This document shows, piece after piece, positions 17,700-27,085 of a stretch of 64,000 bases of DNA. Position 1 is the stretch's first letter, and every line of letters starts with the position of its first letter. The stretch is from an uncultured delta proteobacterium (GTDB lineage Bacteria > Myxococcota_A > Polyangia > Fen-1088). Both the position numbers and the translations under genes were made by a program. The notes under the pieces are model-generated. The model searched no databases and was not told the origin of the DNA. It saw nothing but the letters and a program-made list of their open reading frames with translations. The stretch lies in assembly GCA_963796685.1 (NCBI GenBank), contig CAWCMR010000008.1:64001-128000 (forward strand), in the 5' to 3' direction.

Positions 17700-19124
17700 T
17701 TAGGAGCCGATCTTCAAATTGGCGATCTGCGTGAGGTAGCTACCAGCGCTGGTAAACCCGCTGATGAGCTGCTCCATCGCGGTGAACTGAGCCACCAGCC
17801 TTGTTCGCTCCATGTCCAGGTTACTTTGCATTTCCGTGGCCTGGGTGTCCATTTCGGAGATATTCGATTGAAGCGAATTCTGCTGAGAGACGAGAGCGCC
17901 AGTGACCGAGTTGGTTTGGCTGTTGACCAGGGACTTGACGATGTCCCCTATGCCGGTCGTGGTGGTGGAAAAGACCCCGTTCACGGCGCCGGGATTCGAT
18001 GAAATCGCGTTATCAAGCGTGGCAGCATTCAACGTAATCGAACCGTCTTGCTGCAACTCCAGTCCGAGATCTGCCAGGATTCGCACCGGGCCACTGGGAA
18101 CCACCATCTGCGACAGCATGCGCTGCATCGCACTCTGGATCGTCGTCATGGACGAGTGATCGAGAAGCGTGGCGCCATACGCGACGGTTGGATCCGTCAC
18201 GAGCTGGCTGCGCACCGTTGCCGAAAGAGTGTTGTACGCGTCTACGAAGGTACTGAGAGCAGCCTCGGTATTGCTGCTATTCGCGGCGAAGGTCACGTTG
18301 TTGTCTGTACCGGAGTTGCCCGTCAGGTGTAAGGTCGCGCCTGAAACGACATCGGTGATCGCGTTGCTTGCCCGTTCTACTTGCAGACCATCGACGGTCA
18401 GCTGTGCATTCTGCGCGCTCTGCTGCAGCGCCAATCCCAGCCCTGGATCGCTGACCACGGTCAGGGCCGCATCGGCGGTGGTCGAGTATCCCGTGTCCTT
18501 GCGTGCCACGTTCAGATAATAGCCCGTCGTAGTGGAAATCACCGAGGCGTTGAGCCCGGAGATATTCTGATTGATGGCCTCGGCGACGTCAGCCAGAGTC
18601 TTTCCCGTCGTGTCGATAGCGACCGTGCTCTGCCCATCAATGCTGAACACCAGGTTTCCATCAGGGACCACGGAGTCGTCTTGTGCCGAGGTGAAGCTGC
18701 TCGAGCGCATCTTGGCCTCTTGAGCAACCTGTTGGACGCTGATGGTGTAGCTGCCCTCGGACTTGGCCGAGCCCGTCACGGTGAAGTCGCTGTAGGTCGA
18801 AGTCGGCTGAATCGCGACCACGCCGTTGGTCGAGAGGTTTGACGCGGCGGTTTGCAATCCCTGGAGCTGGGTTACGAGAGTGCCCAGCGTCGAAATCTGA
18901 ACATTGTAGTCGGTCTGCTTCTGCCTGAGCTGGTTCAGTGGGGCGGAATCCGCGGCGATGAGGTTGTTCACTATCGAGTTCGTATCGAGCCCCGATGCGA
19001 TGCCGCTGGCTTGAAACAGCGCCGACGTCAAGGACGAGGTCGGCGTCAATCCCGCCGTTGAAGTCGTTGTCGCCGTTGCGCTCGTTGTGCCTGTCGACCC
19101 AACCGACGAGATTGAACTTGCCAT
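17700..19124 (-). CDS. fliD: flagellar filament cap FliD
   Basis: SGIASGLDTNSIV, AQNAQLTVDG, FVDAYN, RLVAQFTAMEQ. Confidence 0.95.
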   Translation of the reverse strand: MASSISSVGSTGTTSATATTTSTAGLTPTSSLTSALFQASGIASGLDTNSIVNNLIAADSAPLNQLRQKQTDYNVQISTLGTLVTQLQGLQTAASNLSTNGVVAIQPTSTYSDFTVTGSAKSEGSYTISVQQVAQEAKMRSSSFTSAQDDSVVPDGNLVFSIDGQSTVAIDTTGKTLADVAEAINQNISGLNASVISTTTGYYLNVARKDTGYSTTADAALTVVSDPGLGLALQQSAQNAQLTVDGLQVERASNAITDVVSGATLHLTGNSGTDNNVTFAANSSNTEAALSTFVDAYNTLSATVRSQLVTDPTVAYGATLLDHSSMTTIQSAMQRMLSQMVVPSGPVRILADLGLELQQDGSITLNAATLDNAISSNPGAVNGVFSTTTTGIGDIVKSLVNSQTNSVTGALVSQQNSLQSNISEMDTQATEMQSNLDMERTRLVAQFTAMEQLISGFTSAGSYLTQIANLKIGS

Positions 19125-19144
19125 CGAGGAATACCTCCGACCCT

Positions 19145-19171
19145 ATATCGACCCGTTTTCGAACGCCCTTA
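19145..19171 (-). promoter_or_regulatory. sigma28-like promoter for fliD
   Basis: Reverse strand TAAG-N15-GTCGATAT upstream of GGAGG RBS. Confidence 0.6.
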
Positions 19172-19462
19172 AGGCCTCCCGCTGTAGCGACGGTAGACCA
19201 ACGACTTTCTTGTCGCGGCGAGACGCTGCAAGGACCCAAGCACCTTCTGCCGCATGATCCCCTCCATCTCACCGCACCGTCCAAGGAGACGGCCGGCTTC
19301 GGCAAACTCCTCCGTGGTCATTTCCAACGGAAGGGAAGGAAGCAGCCCCTTCATCTCGACCGCCAACGCGGCTGCCTCGATCACTTCCCCCGTTTCCATC
19401 AGCTTGGCGATCTTTTGCAAGCACTCGCACAAGCTGTTGGTCGCCGGCTTGGCCATGGTCAC
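19169..19462 (-). CDS. small helical protein, possible FliT-like chaperone
   Basis: 97 aa, GTGA overlap with fliS stop, lies between fliS and fliD; called from position only. Confidence 0.55.
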   Translation of the reverse strand: MTMAKPATNSLCECLQKIAKLMETGEVIEAAALAVEMKGLLPSLPLEMTTEEFAEAGRLLGRCGEMEGIMRQKVLGSLQRLAATRKSLVYRRYSGRP

Positions 19463-19854
19463 CTGGCGGCGCTCGCATGAGCGTCCGAAGAGGCCATGGA
19501 TGCCGCTTCAACGAAGGCCTCCGCGATGGGGGCAAAGACTTGCTCCGCTTCCACCACATGACGGGAGGAAAACTTGGTTCCAGCTATACCCAATCGACAG
19601 GCGACGAAGGTGTAGAGGTCATTCAGACGTGCACACAGCTCCGGAGCGACCTCTGTCCGCAGCGTGCCTTGCAGGCCCAAAACGATGCTCGCCGCCTTCT
19701 CAGCCATCACACTCCCCGTTTGATTGTCACCACGCTCGAAGGCTCCCACCGAGGAATGCATGTTGCGCAACGCTGCCTGAAAGAGCGAGACCATGATCTG
19801 GGGCCCCGAAGAGGTCGCAACGTTGGCCCTGGTATATGCTGCAAGCGGACTCAT
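19459..19854 (-). CDS. fliS: flagellin chaperone FliS
   Basis: AYTRANVATSSGPQIMVSLF, KAASIVLGLQGTL, LNDLYTF. Confidence 0.9.
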   Translation of the reverse strand: MSPLAAYTRANVATSSGPQIMVSLFQAALRNMHSSVGAFERGDNQTGSVMAEKAASIVLGLQGTLRTEVAPELCARLNDLYTFVACRLGIAGTKFSSRHVVEAEQVFAPIAEAFVEAASMASSDAHASAAR

Positions 19855-19910
19855 GACGACTGCTCCTTTTGTCCTTCGCTAACGCCAGATTTCTCTTTCT
19901 AAGCTCGGCC

Positions 19911-19935
19911 GCCCCGGGGCTATCCGCCCCGGAGC
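19911..19935 (-). terminator. GC-rich hairpin downstream of fliC (terminator/attenuator)
   Basis: GCTCCGGGGC-GGATA-GCCCCGGGGC stem-loop; no clear U-tract. Confidence 0.4.
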
Positions 19936-19988
19936 GACTTTGCACGAAGTCGAGTCTCTGATGGCGCCCTACCTACTGTCTTCGACTA

Positions 19989-21251
19989 TTAGCCGAGGAG
20001 CTTGAGAGCCAGCTGGGGCAGTTGGTTCGCCTGCGCGAGGACCGACACACCGGCCTGTTCCAGCACCTGGTTCTTCGCCATGTTCGAGGATTCGGTTGCC
20101 ACGTCGACATCGCGGATGCGGCTGTTGGAGGCGGACAGGTTCTCCGAGGTGGTGCCGAGGTTGGCGATGGTGTGCTGCAGACGGTTCTGCGCGGCACCGA
20201 GGGTCGCTCGGCTGCTCGAGATGGAACCGAGCGCGGTGTCCAGCGCGGTGATCAGGCTGGAGGCATTGTCGCGCGTCGCGCCACCCGAGGTGGCGAAGGT
20301 GTTCAACGTCGCGGCCAACGTGTCGAGAGCGGTCACACCCGTTCCCCCGGCCAGGCTGGTGTTCACGAAGGCCACCGCCGTCTCGTCCCCCTGCATCGAA
20401 CCCGTCTGGAGCGTGGCGACTCCACTGCCGGTCGTCGTGTCGATGGAAGCCGTTGCACCCGTGATGCCCCCTGCGATGTTGTCCGCCGTCTCGCCCGCAC
20501 TCGACGTCAAGGTAATGCTGACACCCAGATTGGTGAAAGCGAGGGTCTCCGCTCCACCCGCGGTCATATCGGAGATATTGATGGTCTGCGTGACGTTGCT
20601 CGTGTGCCCTGCCTGGTCGGTGATGACGAGAGGGGTCCCGGCGGTGTCGACCATCGTAAGCGTCGCCTGTGCCGGAACCGTGCCTGCGGCAGCGGCTGCA
20701 GTCAGGTTGAATCCCTTGGCAGCCTGGGCACCATCCACGCTGATGCTGCCGACGCTCGCGGCACCAAAGGCAGCCGCCGTCGCCAGCTCCGTCAACCCAC
20801 CGTAGGAGGTCGTTCCCTGTTGTTTCACCAACGAGCCGCTCAGCAGCGATTGGCCGTTGAACTTCGTGCGCATCGAGATGCTGTTGATCTCCTGGCCCAG
20901 CTGCCCGAGCTCGAGGTTGATGTTGTCGCGCTCGGTCTGGCTGTTGGTGTCTGACGAAGCCTGAACCGCCAGGTCACGCATACGTTGCATCATCGACTGC
21001 ACCTCGTCCAGGGCGCCTTCCGCCGTCTGAATCATCGAGATGCCGTCTTGCGAGTTTCTCGAGGCCTGGTTGAGACCGCCGATTTGCGCCTTCAACTTCT
21101 CGCTGACCGCCAGACCGGCGGCGTCGTCCGCGGCGCGGTTGATCCGGAAACCGGACGACAGCCGCTCCATGGCGGTACCAAGAGCATCGCTCGTGGCCCC
21201 GAGGTGTCTCTGAGCACTGATTGCACTTACGTTTGTTTGTACTGAAAGCAT
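19989..21251 (-). CDS. fliC: flagellin
   Basis: ERLSSGFRINRAADDAAGLA, IQTAEGAL, LGAAQNRL, SRIRDVD, LAQANQLPQ. Confidence 0.98.
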   Translation of the reverse strand: MLSVQTNVSAISAQRHLGATSDALGTAMERLSSGFRINRAADDAAGLAVSEKLKAQIGGLNQASRNSQDGISMIQTAEGALDEVQSMMQRMRDLAVQASSDTNSQTERDNINLELGQLGQEINSISMRTKFNGQSLLSGSLVKQQGTTSYGGLTELATAAAFGAASVGSISVDGAQAAKGFNLTAAAAAGTVPAQATLTMVDTAGTPLVITDQAGHTSNVTQTINISDMTAGGAETLAFTNLGVSITLTSSAGETADNIAGGITGATASIDTTTGSGVATLQTGSMQGDETAVAFVNTSLAGGTGVTALDTLAATLNTFATSGGATRDNASSLITALDTALGSISSSRATLGAAQNRLQHTIANLGTTSENLSASNSRIRDVDVATESSNMAKNQVLEQAGVSVLAQANQLPQLALKLLG

Positions 21252-21319
21252 GACCCAACTCCTTTGTTTCTTTTCGTCTGAGGGGCGCCTTGCCCGTCTT
21301 CACCTGGAGCTACGGCACG

Positions 21320-21346
21320 TTATGGGACCGTCGATAAGGACCTCGA
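21320..21346 (-). promoter_or_regulatory. sigma28-like promoter for fliC
   Basis: Reverse strand TCGAG-N14-TCCCATAA, partial match. Confidence 0.45.
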
Positions 21347-21455
21347 AGCGCTTTCCTCTCGCAATCAGGTAGGGTCCAACACAAGACGGATGAAGAAGCG
21401 CGCGCGAGCACACGAACGCCAGAAGGGCGTCGCGTGCAAGCGCTGGTAGTCCCGA

Positions 21456-22340
21456 CTACGGCAGCTTATCCGCCAGCGACATGCCCAGCGTTTTCGCCGA
21501 GGCAGTCAAGGTGGCGTTCAGGGCATACTGGGCCGACGCCAATCGGGTCGAGGCATCCAGGATGTCGGCGTCGAGCAATTTACCGATCTTGACGGTTTCA
21601 TCGGATGCGGCAGTCTGCGCGGTGGTCACGGCGGTTTGGAATGCGTCCTGGGCCATGCCGGCCTGGGTGCGCCCTGCCGCCAGTTGGCTGACGACAGCAT
21701 TCACGTTATCCAGGCCGGTTCGAACGCCGGCACCGTCATTGGCCTGCAAAGCCTTGGAAAGATCCGACAGGGTTTGGAGCAAATCAACTCCGCCATTGGC
21801 GCCCTTGACAATAGCGTTGGCGTCGATGGATGCCGACTGGTACAGGCCCGGGGCAACCTCAACCGTTCGTACATTGTCGTCACCCATGTACGCCCCGGTT
21901 GGGTCGAAGGGCGCCGTACTATCCTTGAAACCGCCAAAAATGTACCTTCCACCGTACGTGGTGTTGAGTAGAGAGATGGCCTCTTTGAACAGTCCGTCCA
22001 CCTCGACACTGGCCGATGCGCGATCCGTCGCACCGTAGGAATCGTTACCGAATTGCGTGGCAATGACCTGCGCGCGATCCGCCACGGTCGTAATCCCGTC
22101 CAAAGCGTTGTCCGCGGCGGTCAGCTCGTCGACCGCTTTCTGAGCCGAATCTCCCACCGCGGCGAAGCGTGCCTTGTCTACCGTGTGGCCTACGGAAAGG
22201 GCCGCCGCCACCGGATCGTCACCTGGGTGCTGGACGCGCGTACCACTGGCCACCTCGTTCTGCGCCTGATCGAGGCTCTCCCGCGAACGTTGGGTTTGAG
22301 CGATGCTGCTCTCGAAAATCATCTTTTCGGTCACTCGCAT
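21456..22340 (-). CDS. flgL: hook-associated protein FlgL
   Basis: MRVT, SGTRVQHPGDDPVAA, GRYIFGG. Confidence 0.93.
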   Translation of the reverse strand: MRVTEKMIFESSIAQTQRSRESLDQAQNEVASGTRVQHPGDDPVAAALSVGHTVDKARFAAVGDSAQKAVDELTAADNALDGITTVADRAQVIATQFGNDSYGATDRASASVEVDGLFKEAISLLNTTYGGRYIFGGFKDSTAPFDPTGAYMGDDNVRTVEVAPGLYQSASIDANAIVKGANGGVDLLQTLSDLSKALQANDGAGVRTGLDNVNAVVSQLAAGRTQAGMAQDAFQTAVTTAQTAASDETVKIGKLLDADILDASTRLASAQYALNATLTASAKTLGMSLADKLP

Positions 22341-22350
22341 GGACAAGCCC

Positions 22351-23757
22351 CTAGATCATCTTCATCAACGTATCGAGCATGGTATTGGTCGTGGTAATGA
22401 CCTTCGACAGGGCATTATAGGCATTCTGCGCCTGAATGAGGTTCGTCAGCTCGTCGTCCACGGAAACCCCCGACGCGGATTCACGCGCGTTTGTCAAATC
22501 GGCCAACAGATTCTTGTCGAATTCGGAGCTGTCGTTCACGGTCGAGACCGCGATACCAAAATCCGAGGTCAATTTCGCCATTCCATCTTGCGCATTCAGT
22601 CCGGTGGAGAGTTGCGTGCTTTCCGTGCCGATGATCGCCTGCAAATTGGTGGAGTCGCCTGGTCCGCTGTTGGCACTCCCCGCAGCCGCAAGCAAGGACG
22701 GATTGGCATAAGTCGTTGAATCCACCGCGATGTTCGAGGCGGCGCCCGTCGCGCTCGTGAGCGTGGCGAACAGATCGTTGCCGGTGCTTCCATCCAAGGC
22801 ATACCCGGCCTCGTGCTGCGTGTTGACGGTGGTCGCAAAGTCATAGGCCAGCGTATCCAGGCTGGTCTCCGCGCCGCCAAGCACATCATCTCGCGCGTTG
22901 ACCAGACCACCGATTTGCCCGCTCAAGTCGCTCGCTTTCAATGCCGATGGTTGGCTGCCGTCGAGCGGTGTAAAGGTAAGATCGAAGTGTCCACGGTTTG
23001 CCGTATTGGCCTGCGTGCCGAGCTTGGCGGCAACGGCCCCGCTGACCAGCGCGGTACCACCGGGCAGGACCAAGCTGATGTTGGAATGGTCGTCGGGTAC
23101 GGCTTGAGTTCCCAGCATCTGGGCCAATTGATCGATATCATTCTGGCGGACATCGAGCAGGTCATTGGGTGTCCGCCCAGAATTGACCGCGAGCGCGATC
23201 TTCCGGTTCAAATCCGCGACACTTGCCAACAGGCCGTTCGCTTTGTCGGCCAACGCGCTGACGTTTTGGTCTATGCCGCTTCGAGCAGAGCCGAGAGCGT
23301 TCGCCGCGACATTGAAGGATCTGGCCAACGCTTGCACACTGTCGACCACGGCTTGGCGCAAACCCTGATCCCCAGGATTCTGATTGAGGTCGCGCAAAGC
23401 CGAATAGAACTTGCCCAGCGCGTCGGTAACCCCGCCCTGTGCTTGAGGATCGAGCGCCGTGACCGTCGAAAGCGCGTCTGCCTGGGCCGACGTGCTGGAG
23501 CTGTTGGCAAACGCGACGCCGATTTGAGCCTCGATGAACTGGTCTCGATTCTGCACGACCCCCTGAAGAGACACACCACGACCAATGTAGCCGTTGATTC
23601 CGATCTCTTCGGCCGGATTGGTTTCCGTGGCCACTGCATCCTGACGCGCGTACCCTGGGGTGTTTGCGTTGGCAATGTTGTGGCTCGCGGTTGCGACCTG
23701 GGCTTTGAAGACAGCCAGTCCTGCGCCCGCGTTCATGATGACGCCGATGAGATCCAT
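22351..23757 (-). CDS. flgK: hook-associated protein FlgK
   Basis: SHNIANANTPGYARQ, PNDLLD.R, SGVSVDDE..NL...QNAY. Confidence 0.95.
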   Translation of the reverse strand: MDLIGVIMNAGAGLAVFKAQVATASHNIANANTPGYARQDAVATETNPAEEIGINGYIGRGVSLQGVVQNRDQFIEAQIGVAFANSSSTSAQADALSTVTALDPQAQGGVTDALGKFYSALRDLNQNPGDQGLRQAVVDSVQALARSFNVAANALGSARSGIDQNVSALADKANGLLASVADLNRKIALAVNSGRTPNDLLDVRQNDIDQLAQMLGTQAVPDDHSNISLVLPGGTALVSGAVAAKLGTQANTANRGHFDLTFTPLDGSQPSALKASDLSGQIGGLVNARDDVLGGAETSLDTLAYDFATTVNTQHEAGYALDGSTGNDLFATLTSATGAASNIAVDSTTYANPSLLAAAGSANSGPGDSTNLQAIIGTESTQLSTGLNAQDGMAKLTSDFGIAVSTVNDSSEFDKNLLADLTNARESASGVSVDDELTNLIQAQNAYNALSKVITTTNTMLDTLMKMI

Positions 23758-23760
23758 GGC

Positions 23761-24237
23761 TCAGGCCACCTGCCGCGCGATGGAAGCCGCGCCGTCACTC
23801 CTGACGCTACCGTAGCGGTCGTAGACATCGGCTCGCGGTGACAAGGCCGAGAGGTATCCGCGCACGCACGCCAGGGCCCGTCTCGCAAGGACCTGGTTGA
23901 GAGCATCGATTTCCTGCAGGGCCTGCGCCGACGCCCGCAATTCCGAGAGCGCCTGCGCCACCTTTCTGGCTTCGTGGATTCCCGACGTGTGCAAGACATC
24001 CATCGATACCCGCTCCACGCCGAGCACCTTGGCCGTCTCGTCCAGGGCCGCTCCGAGCTCGTCCTGCATCTGCGCCAACCTCACATTGAGCTCACCTCGC
24101 CGACGGGCTCGCTCGAACAACCCCTGCACGTCGAGCTTGCGCACCAGGACACGCTGTTCGCGGGCCTCGTCGAGCTCGGCCTGGAGCGCTTGGCGCATCC
24201 GGGTCGCAACGTCCAGGGCATGTTCGAGTGGGTCCAT
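23761..24237 (-). CDS. flgN: flagellar chaperone FlgN
   Basis: Helical protein between flgM and flgK; C-terminal YDRYG. Confidence 0.8.
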   Translation of the reverse strand: MDPLEHALDVATRMRQALQAELDEAREQRVLVRKLDVQGLFERARRRGELNVRLAQMQDELGAALDETAKVLGVERVSMDVLHTSGIHEARKVAQALSELRASAQALQEIDALNQVLARRALACVRGYLSALSPRADVYDRYGSVRSDGAASIARQVA

Positions 24238-24240
24238 CGG

Positions 24241-24540
24241 CTATCCTCCGAAGATGACTTTCAAGCGGGCATCGACCTCCGCCGCTTGCACGATCTTTTC
24301 TGCCAGTTGCCCGGCGTCGGGTTTGTAACCGCCCTGGCGGATGGCGGCTTCGAGCTCTTGCAACCGCGTGCCGCGGTCCACCCCCAGGCTCGTCTGCACC
24401 GCCTGGACGATGGCCTCGACCTGCTTGGCCCCGTCGAGGCTGACCTTGTCCCCCATCGGGCGTACTGCGGTTTTGTCCCCCGCCGGCTTGGCCGGCGCCG
24501 CGTCCGTTCCTTTTACCGATTGTTTGTCTTCGACCCTCAT
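24241..24540 (-). CDS. flgM: anti-sigma28 factor FlgM
   Basis: ATG at 24540 after GGAG; DKVSL, RLQELEAAIRQGGYKPDAGQLAEKI. Confidence 0.9.
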   Translation of the reverse strand: MRVEDKQSVKGTDAAPAKPAGDKTAVRPMGDKVSLDGAKQVEAIVQAVQTSLGVDRGTRLQELEAAIRQGGYKPDAGQLAEKIVQAAEVDARLKVIFGG

Positions 24541-24560
24541 GGCTGTCTCCAATGGTGGTT

Positions 24561-25286
24561 CTATGGTTTCCTGCCAATCAGAACGTCGGCACGTTCTCCC
24601 CACCTATTAAGGGTCGACTTCGGATCTATCGGTTTTCCGTCCTTTCGAACTTCGAAATGCAGGTGGGAGCCGGTGGCGCGCCCGGTATGACCCACGAAAG
24701 CCACCGGCTCTCCGGCCTTGACGCGCTCCCCTTCTTTGACAGCCAGCGCCGAAGCGTGGCCGTAGAGGGTGCTAATCCCCTTGCCATTGTCGATTTCCAC
24801 GGCATTGCCATAGCCACCGCGCCTGCCGACGCGGCGCACGATGCCAGGCGCCGCCGCCAGAATCGGGCTGCCTTCTGCGGCCGCGACATCGACGCCGGTG
24901 TGAAAACGCTGCGTGCCATTGATCGGATCCGTGCGCACGCCAAATCCGCTCGACACCTCGGGCGTCACACGTGTGGCGTCGGCAGATGCGGGCGCGGGCT
25001 GGGTGGAACCCTCGAGCAGACTTTTCCCCGCGATGTTGGTGGCGCTGCCGTCCGTCGCTTCCTGCGCTGCGTTCTTGTCGAACGAGCCCTCCACGAGCTT
25101 CGCGAGCCCGATGCCGCCACCCTGCGCTACCGCATTGGCCAGCGCCTCGCAAAACATCTCGCCGTAGATCTTGCCCCCGGCCTCGCTCATGCCGCGGAAG
25201 GCGCCGCTGTCCTGGATGAGCTGCTTGAGTAGGAGGGATTCCAGGGTTCGCGCCCCATCGGCCGCATCGCGAATCGGCTGCATCAC
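24561..25286 (-). CDS. flgJ: FlgJ-like rod-binding domain fused to M23 peptidoglycan endopeptidase
   Basis: N-term LESLLLKQL..YGEMF..ALA..GGIGLA; C-term HTGVD, YGH, TGSHLHFEVR; follows flgI. Confidence 0.8.
   Translation of the reverse strand: MMQPIRDAADGARTLESLLLKQLIQDSGAFRGMSEAGGKIYGEMFCEALANAVAQGGGIGLAKLVEGSFDKNAAQEATDGSATNIAGKSLLEGSTQPAPASADATRVTPEVSSGFGVRTDPINGTQRFHTGVDVAAAEGSPILAAAPGIVRRVGRRGGYGNAVEIDNGKGISTLYGHASALAVKEGERVKAGEPVAFVGHTGRATGSHLHFEVRKDGKPIDPKSTLNRWGERADVLIGRKP
24583..24609 (-). promoter_or_regulatory. sigma28-like promoter for flgM-flgN-flgK-flgL
   Basis: Reverse strand TAAT-N15-GCCGACGT inside the 3' end of the flgJ-like gene. Confidence 0.6.
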
Positions 25287-26389
25287 ATCACTTCCAGGTC
25301 GGCGTCGATGGCCCCCGCGGCCTTCATCGCCTCCAAGACGGCAACGAGATCCCGCGGGCCGACACCGATCATGTTCAGCGCCTTGACCAGATCTTCCACC
25401 GTCGTCGTCGCCGGCAGGGCCACCGCACGTCCCGTGGCTTCCCGAGCCTCGATGTTTGCAGTACGGCCCGTCACCGTTCTGCCTCCCTGCGACATGGCAT
25501 TGGGCTGCGATGCGAACGGCGTCTGCTTCACCTGAATGGAGAGTCCACCGTGCGCCACCGCCACGGGCCGAATGCGAACCCCCTCCCCGGCCACGATGGT
25601 GCCCGTTCGTTCGCTGACCACGATACGGGCGCGTTGATCCGGATCGACTTCAAGGGTCTCGATCTTGGCCAGGAGGCCCACCATCTTGCCCTTCCATTCC
25701 GCGGCGGGCCTTATCTCGACCGAGGCAGGATCCAAGGCGTGCGCGGACTCTCCGCCCAACGCCTTGTTGATCGCATCCGAGATGCGTAGAGCGGTCGTAA
25801 AGTCAGGGCGGCGCAGACCGAGCAGAAGCGGCCCCTTCTCGAGGTTCGCCAGTACCGCGCGCTCGATGCTGGCGCCGCTCGGAACGGTCCCCGATGTGGG
25901 CTGGTTCTTCTGCGTCCGCGAACCGGCCGCGCTCACCTCAAATCCGCCGGCCTGCACGGGTCCCTGCGCGATGGCGTAGACTTGTCCGTCTGGACCGGTG
26001 AGAGGGGTCACCAGCAGCACGCCTCCCGCGAGGGAGCGCGCATCGCCCATGGAGCCGACGTTCACGTCGATGCGGGTGCCTGGACGAGAGTAGGAGGGCA
26101 ACCGTGCAGTCACCATCACCGCAGCGGTATTGCGCACCCACACGGACGAGGGATCGATGCGGATGCCCAGACGGCCCAGCATGCCGGCAATGGACTGCGC
26201 GGTGAACGTCACCATCTGGCTGTCGCCGGTGCCGGCCAGGCCGACCACCAACCCGTAGCCGAAGAGTGCGTTGTCGCGCACCCCTTGGACGTCTACCAGC
26301 TCCTTCACGCGAACCGGCGCGGCCACGACCGGCGTAGCGAGGGTTTCGCCCGCAAGCAAGACGACAGTGAGAAGGATGGATGTGCGCAT
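25283..26389 (-). CDS. flgI: flagellar P-ring protein FlgI
   Basis: GVRDNALFGYGLVVGLAGTGD, ERTGTIVAG, KAAGAIDADLEV. Confidence 0.97.
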   Translation of the reverse strand: MRTSILLTVVLLAGETLATPVVAAPVRVKELVDVQGVRDNALFGYGLVVGLAGTGDSQMVTFTAQSIAGMLGRLGIRIDPSSVWVRNTAAVMVTARLPSYSRPGTRIDVNVGSMGDARSLAGGVLLVTPLTGPDGQVYAIAQGPVQAGGFEVSAAGSRTQKNQPTSGTVPSGASIERAVLANLEKGPLLLGLRRPDFTTALRISDAINKALGGESAHALDPASVEIRPAAEWKGKMVGLLAKIETLEVDPDQRARIVVSERTGTIVAGEGVRIRPVAVAHGGLSIQVKQTPFASQPNAMSQGGRTVTGRTANIEAREATGRAVALPATTTVEDLVKALNMIGVGPRDLVAVLEAMKAAGAIDADLEVM

Positions 26390-26392
26390 GAC

Positions 26393-27085
26393 TTAGAAGG
26401 GCCAAAGCCAGCCGAGGTAGCGTGAGAGCCACCCCTGCTTTTGGTTGTCGGTGAGATCCCCGCGGCCAACGAACTCGATCTGCGCATCGGCGACGACCGA
26501 GCTCTTGATGCTGTTCTGCTGATCGATATCGATGGGACGCACGACGCCCGAGATGTAGAAGTGGTGCTCTTCGGAGTTCACCAGGATGGCCCGATGTCCC
26601 TCCACGAACAGGTTGCCGTTGGGCAAGACCTTCATCACCACCGCGGGCACGGTGGCCGTGAACGATTCGCTGCGATCCGTGGATCCCTGGCTGGTGAAGC
26701 TTCCCGTGGAGCTACCGCCGATGTTGAGGCCTGAATCGGTCGAGCTGACCTTCAGCTTCTTGAGCAACCCTAGGAAGGCGTCGATCTTGGCCGAGCTGGC
26801 GGAGCTACGGGCAAGGTTGGTGTCGGAAGACCGGCTGGCATTGGCGACCTCCTCGATGTTGATGACGACCAGATCGTTGGCGTGCAGGGCACGCGCATCG
26901 GTGAACAGCATCGAAGCCGGCCGGCCGTCGCGCCACAGACTGCCGGGCGAGGACGGCTCGTCTTCTCCCTTGCCTTCCGTGGGGAGCTTGTACTCGCGAT
27001 GTTTGGGCGTGTACTCGCCGATGTGCGCGGGCCCGCAACCGGCCGCGGCCCCCCAAAACACCACCAGCAACCATCGGCTGGTCAT
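26393..27085 (-). CDS. flgH: flagellar L-ring protein FlgH
   Basis: Lipobox AAGC, LFTDARA, VLPNGNLFVEG, SGVVRPIDI, QKQGWL. Confidence 0.95.
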   Translation of the reverse strand: MTSRWLLVVFWGAAAGCGPAHIGEYTPKHREYKLPTEGKGEDEPSSPGSLWRDGRPASMLFTDARALHANDLVVINIEEVANASRSSDTNLARSSASSAKIDAFLGLLKKLKVSSTDSGLNIGGSSTGSFTSQGSTDRSESFTATVPAVVMKVLPNGNLFVEGHRAILVNSEEHHFYISGVVRPIDIDQQNSIKSSVVADAQIEFVGRGDLTDNQKQGWLSRYLGWLWPF

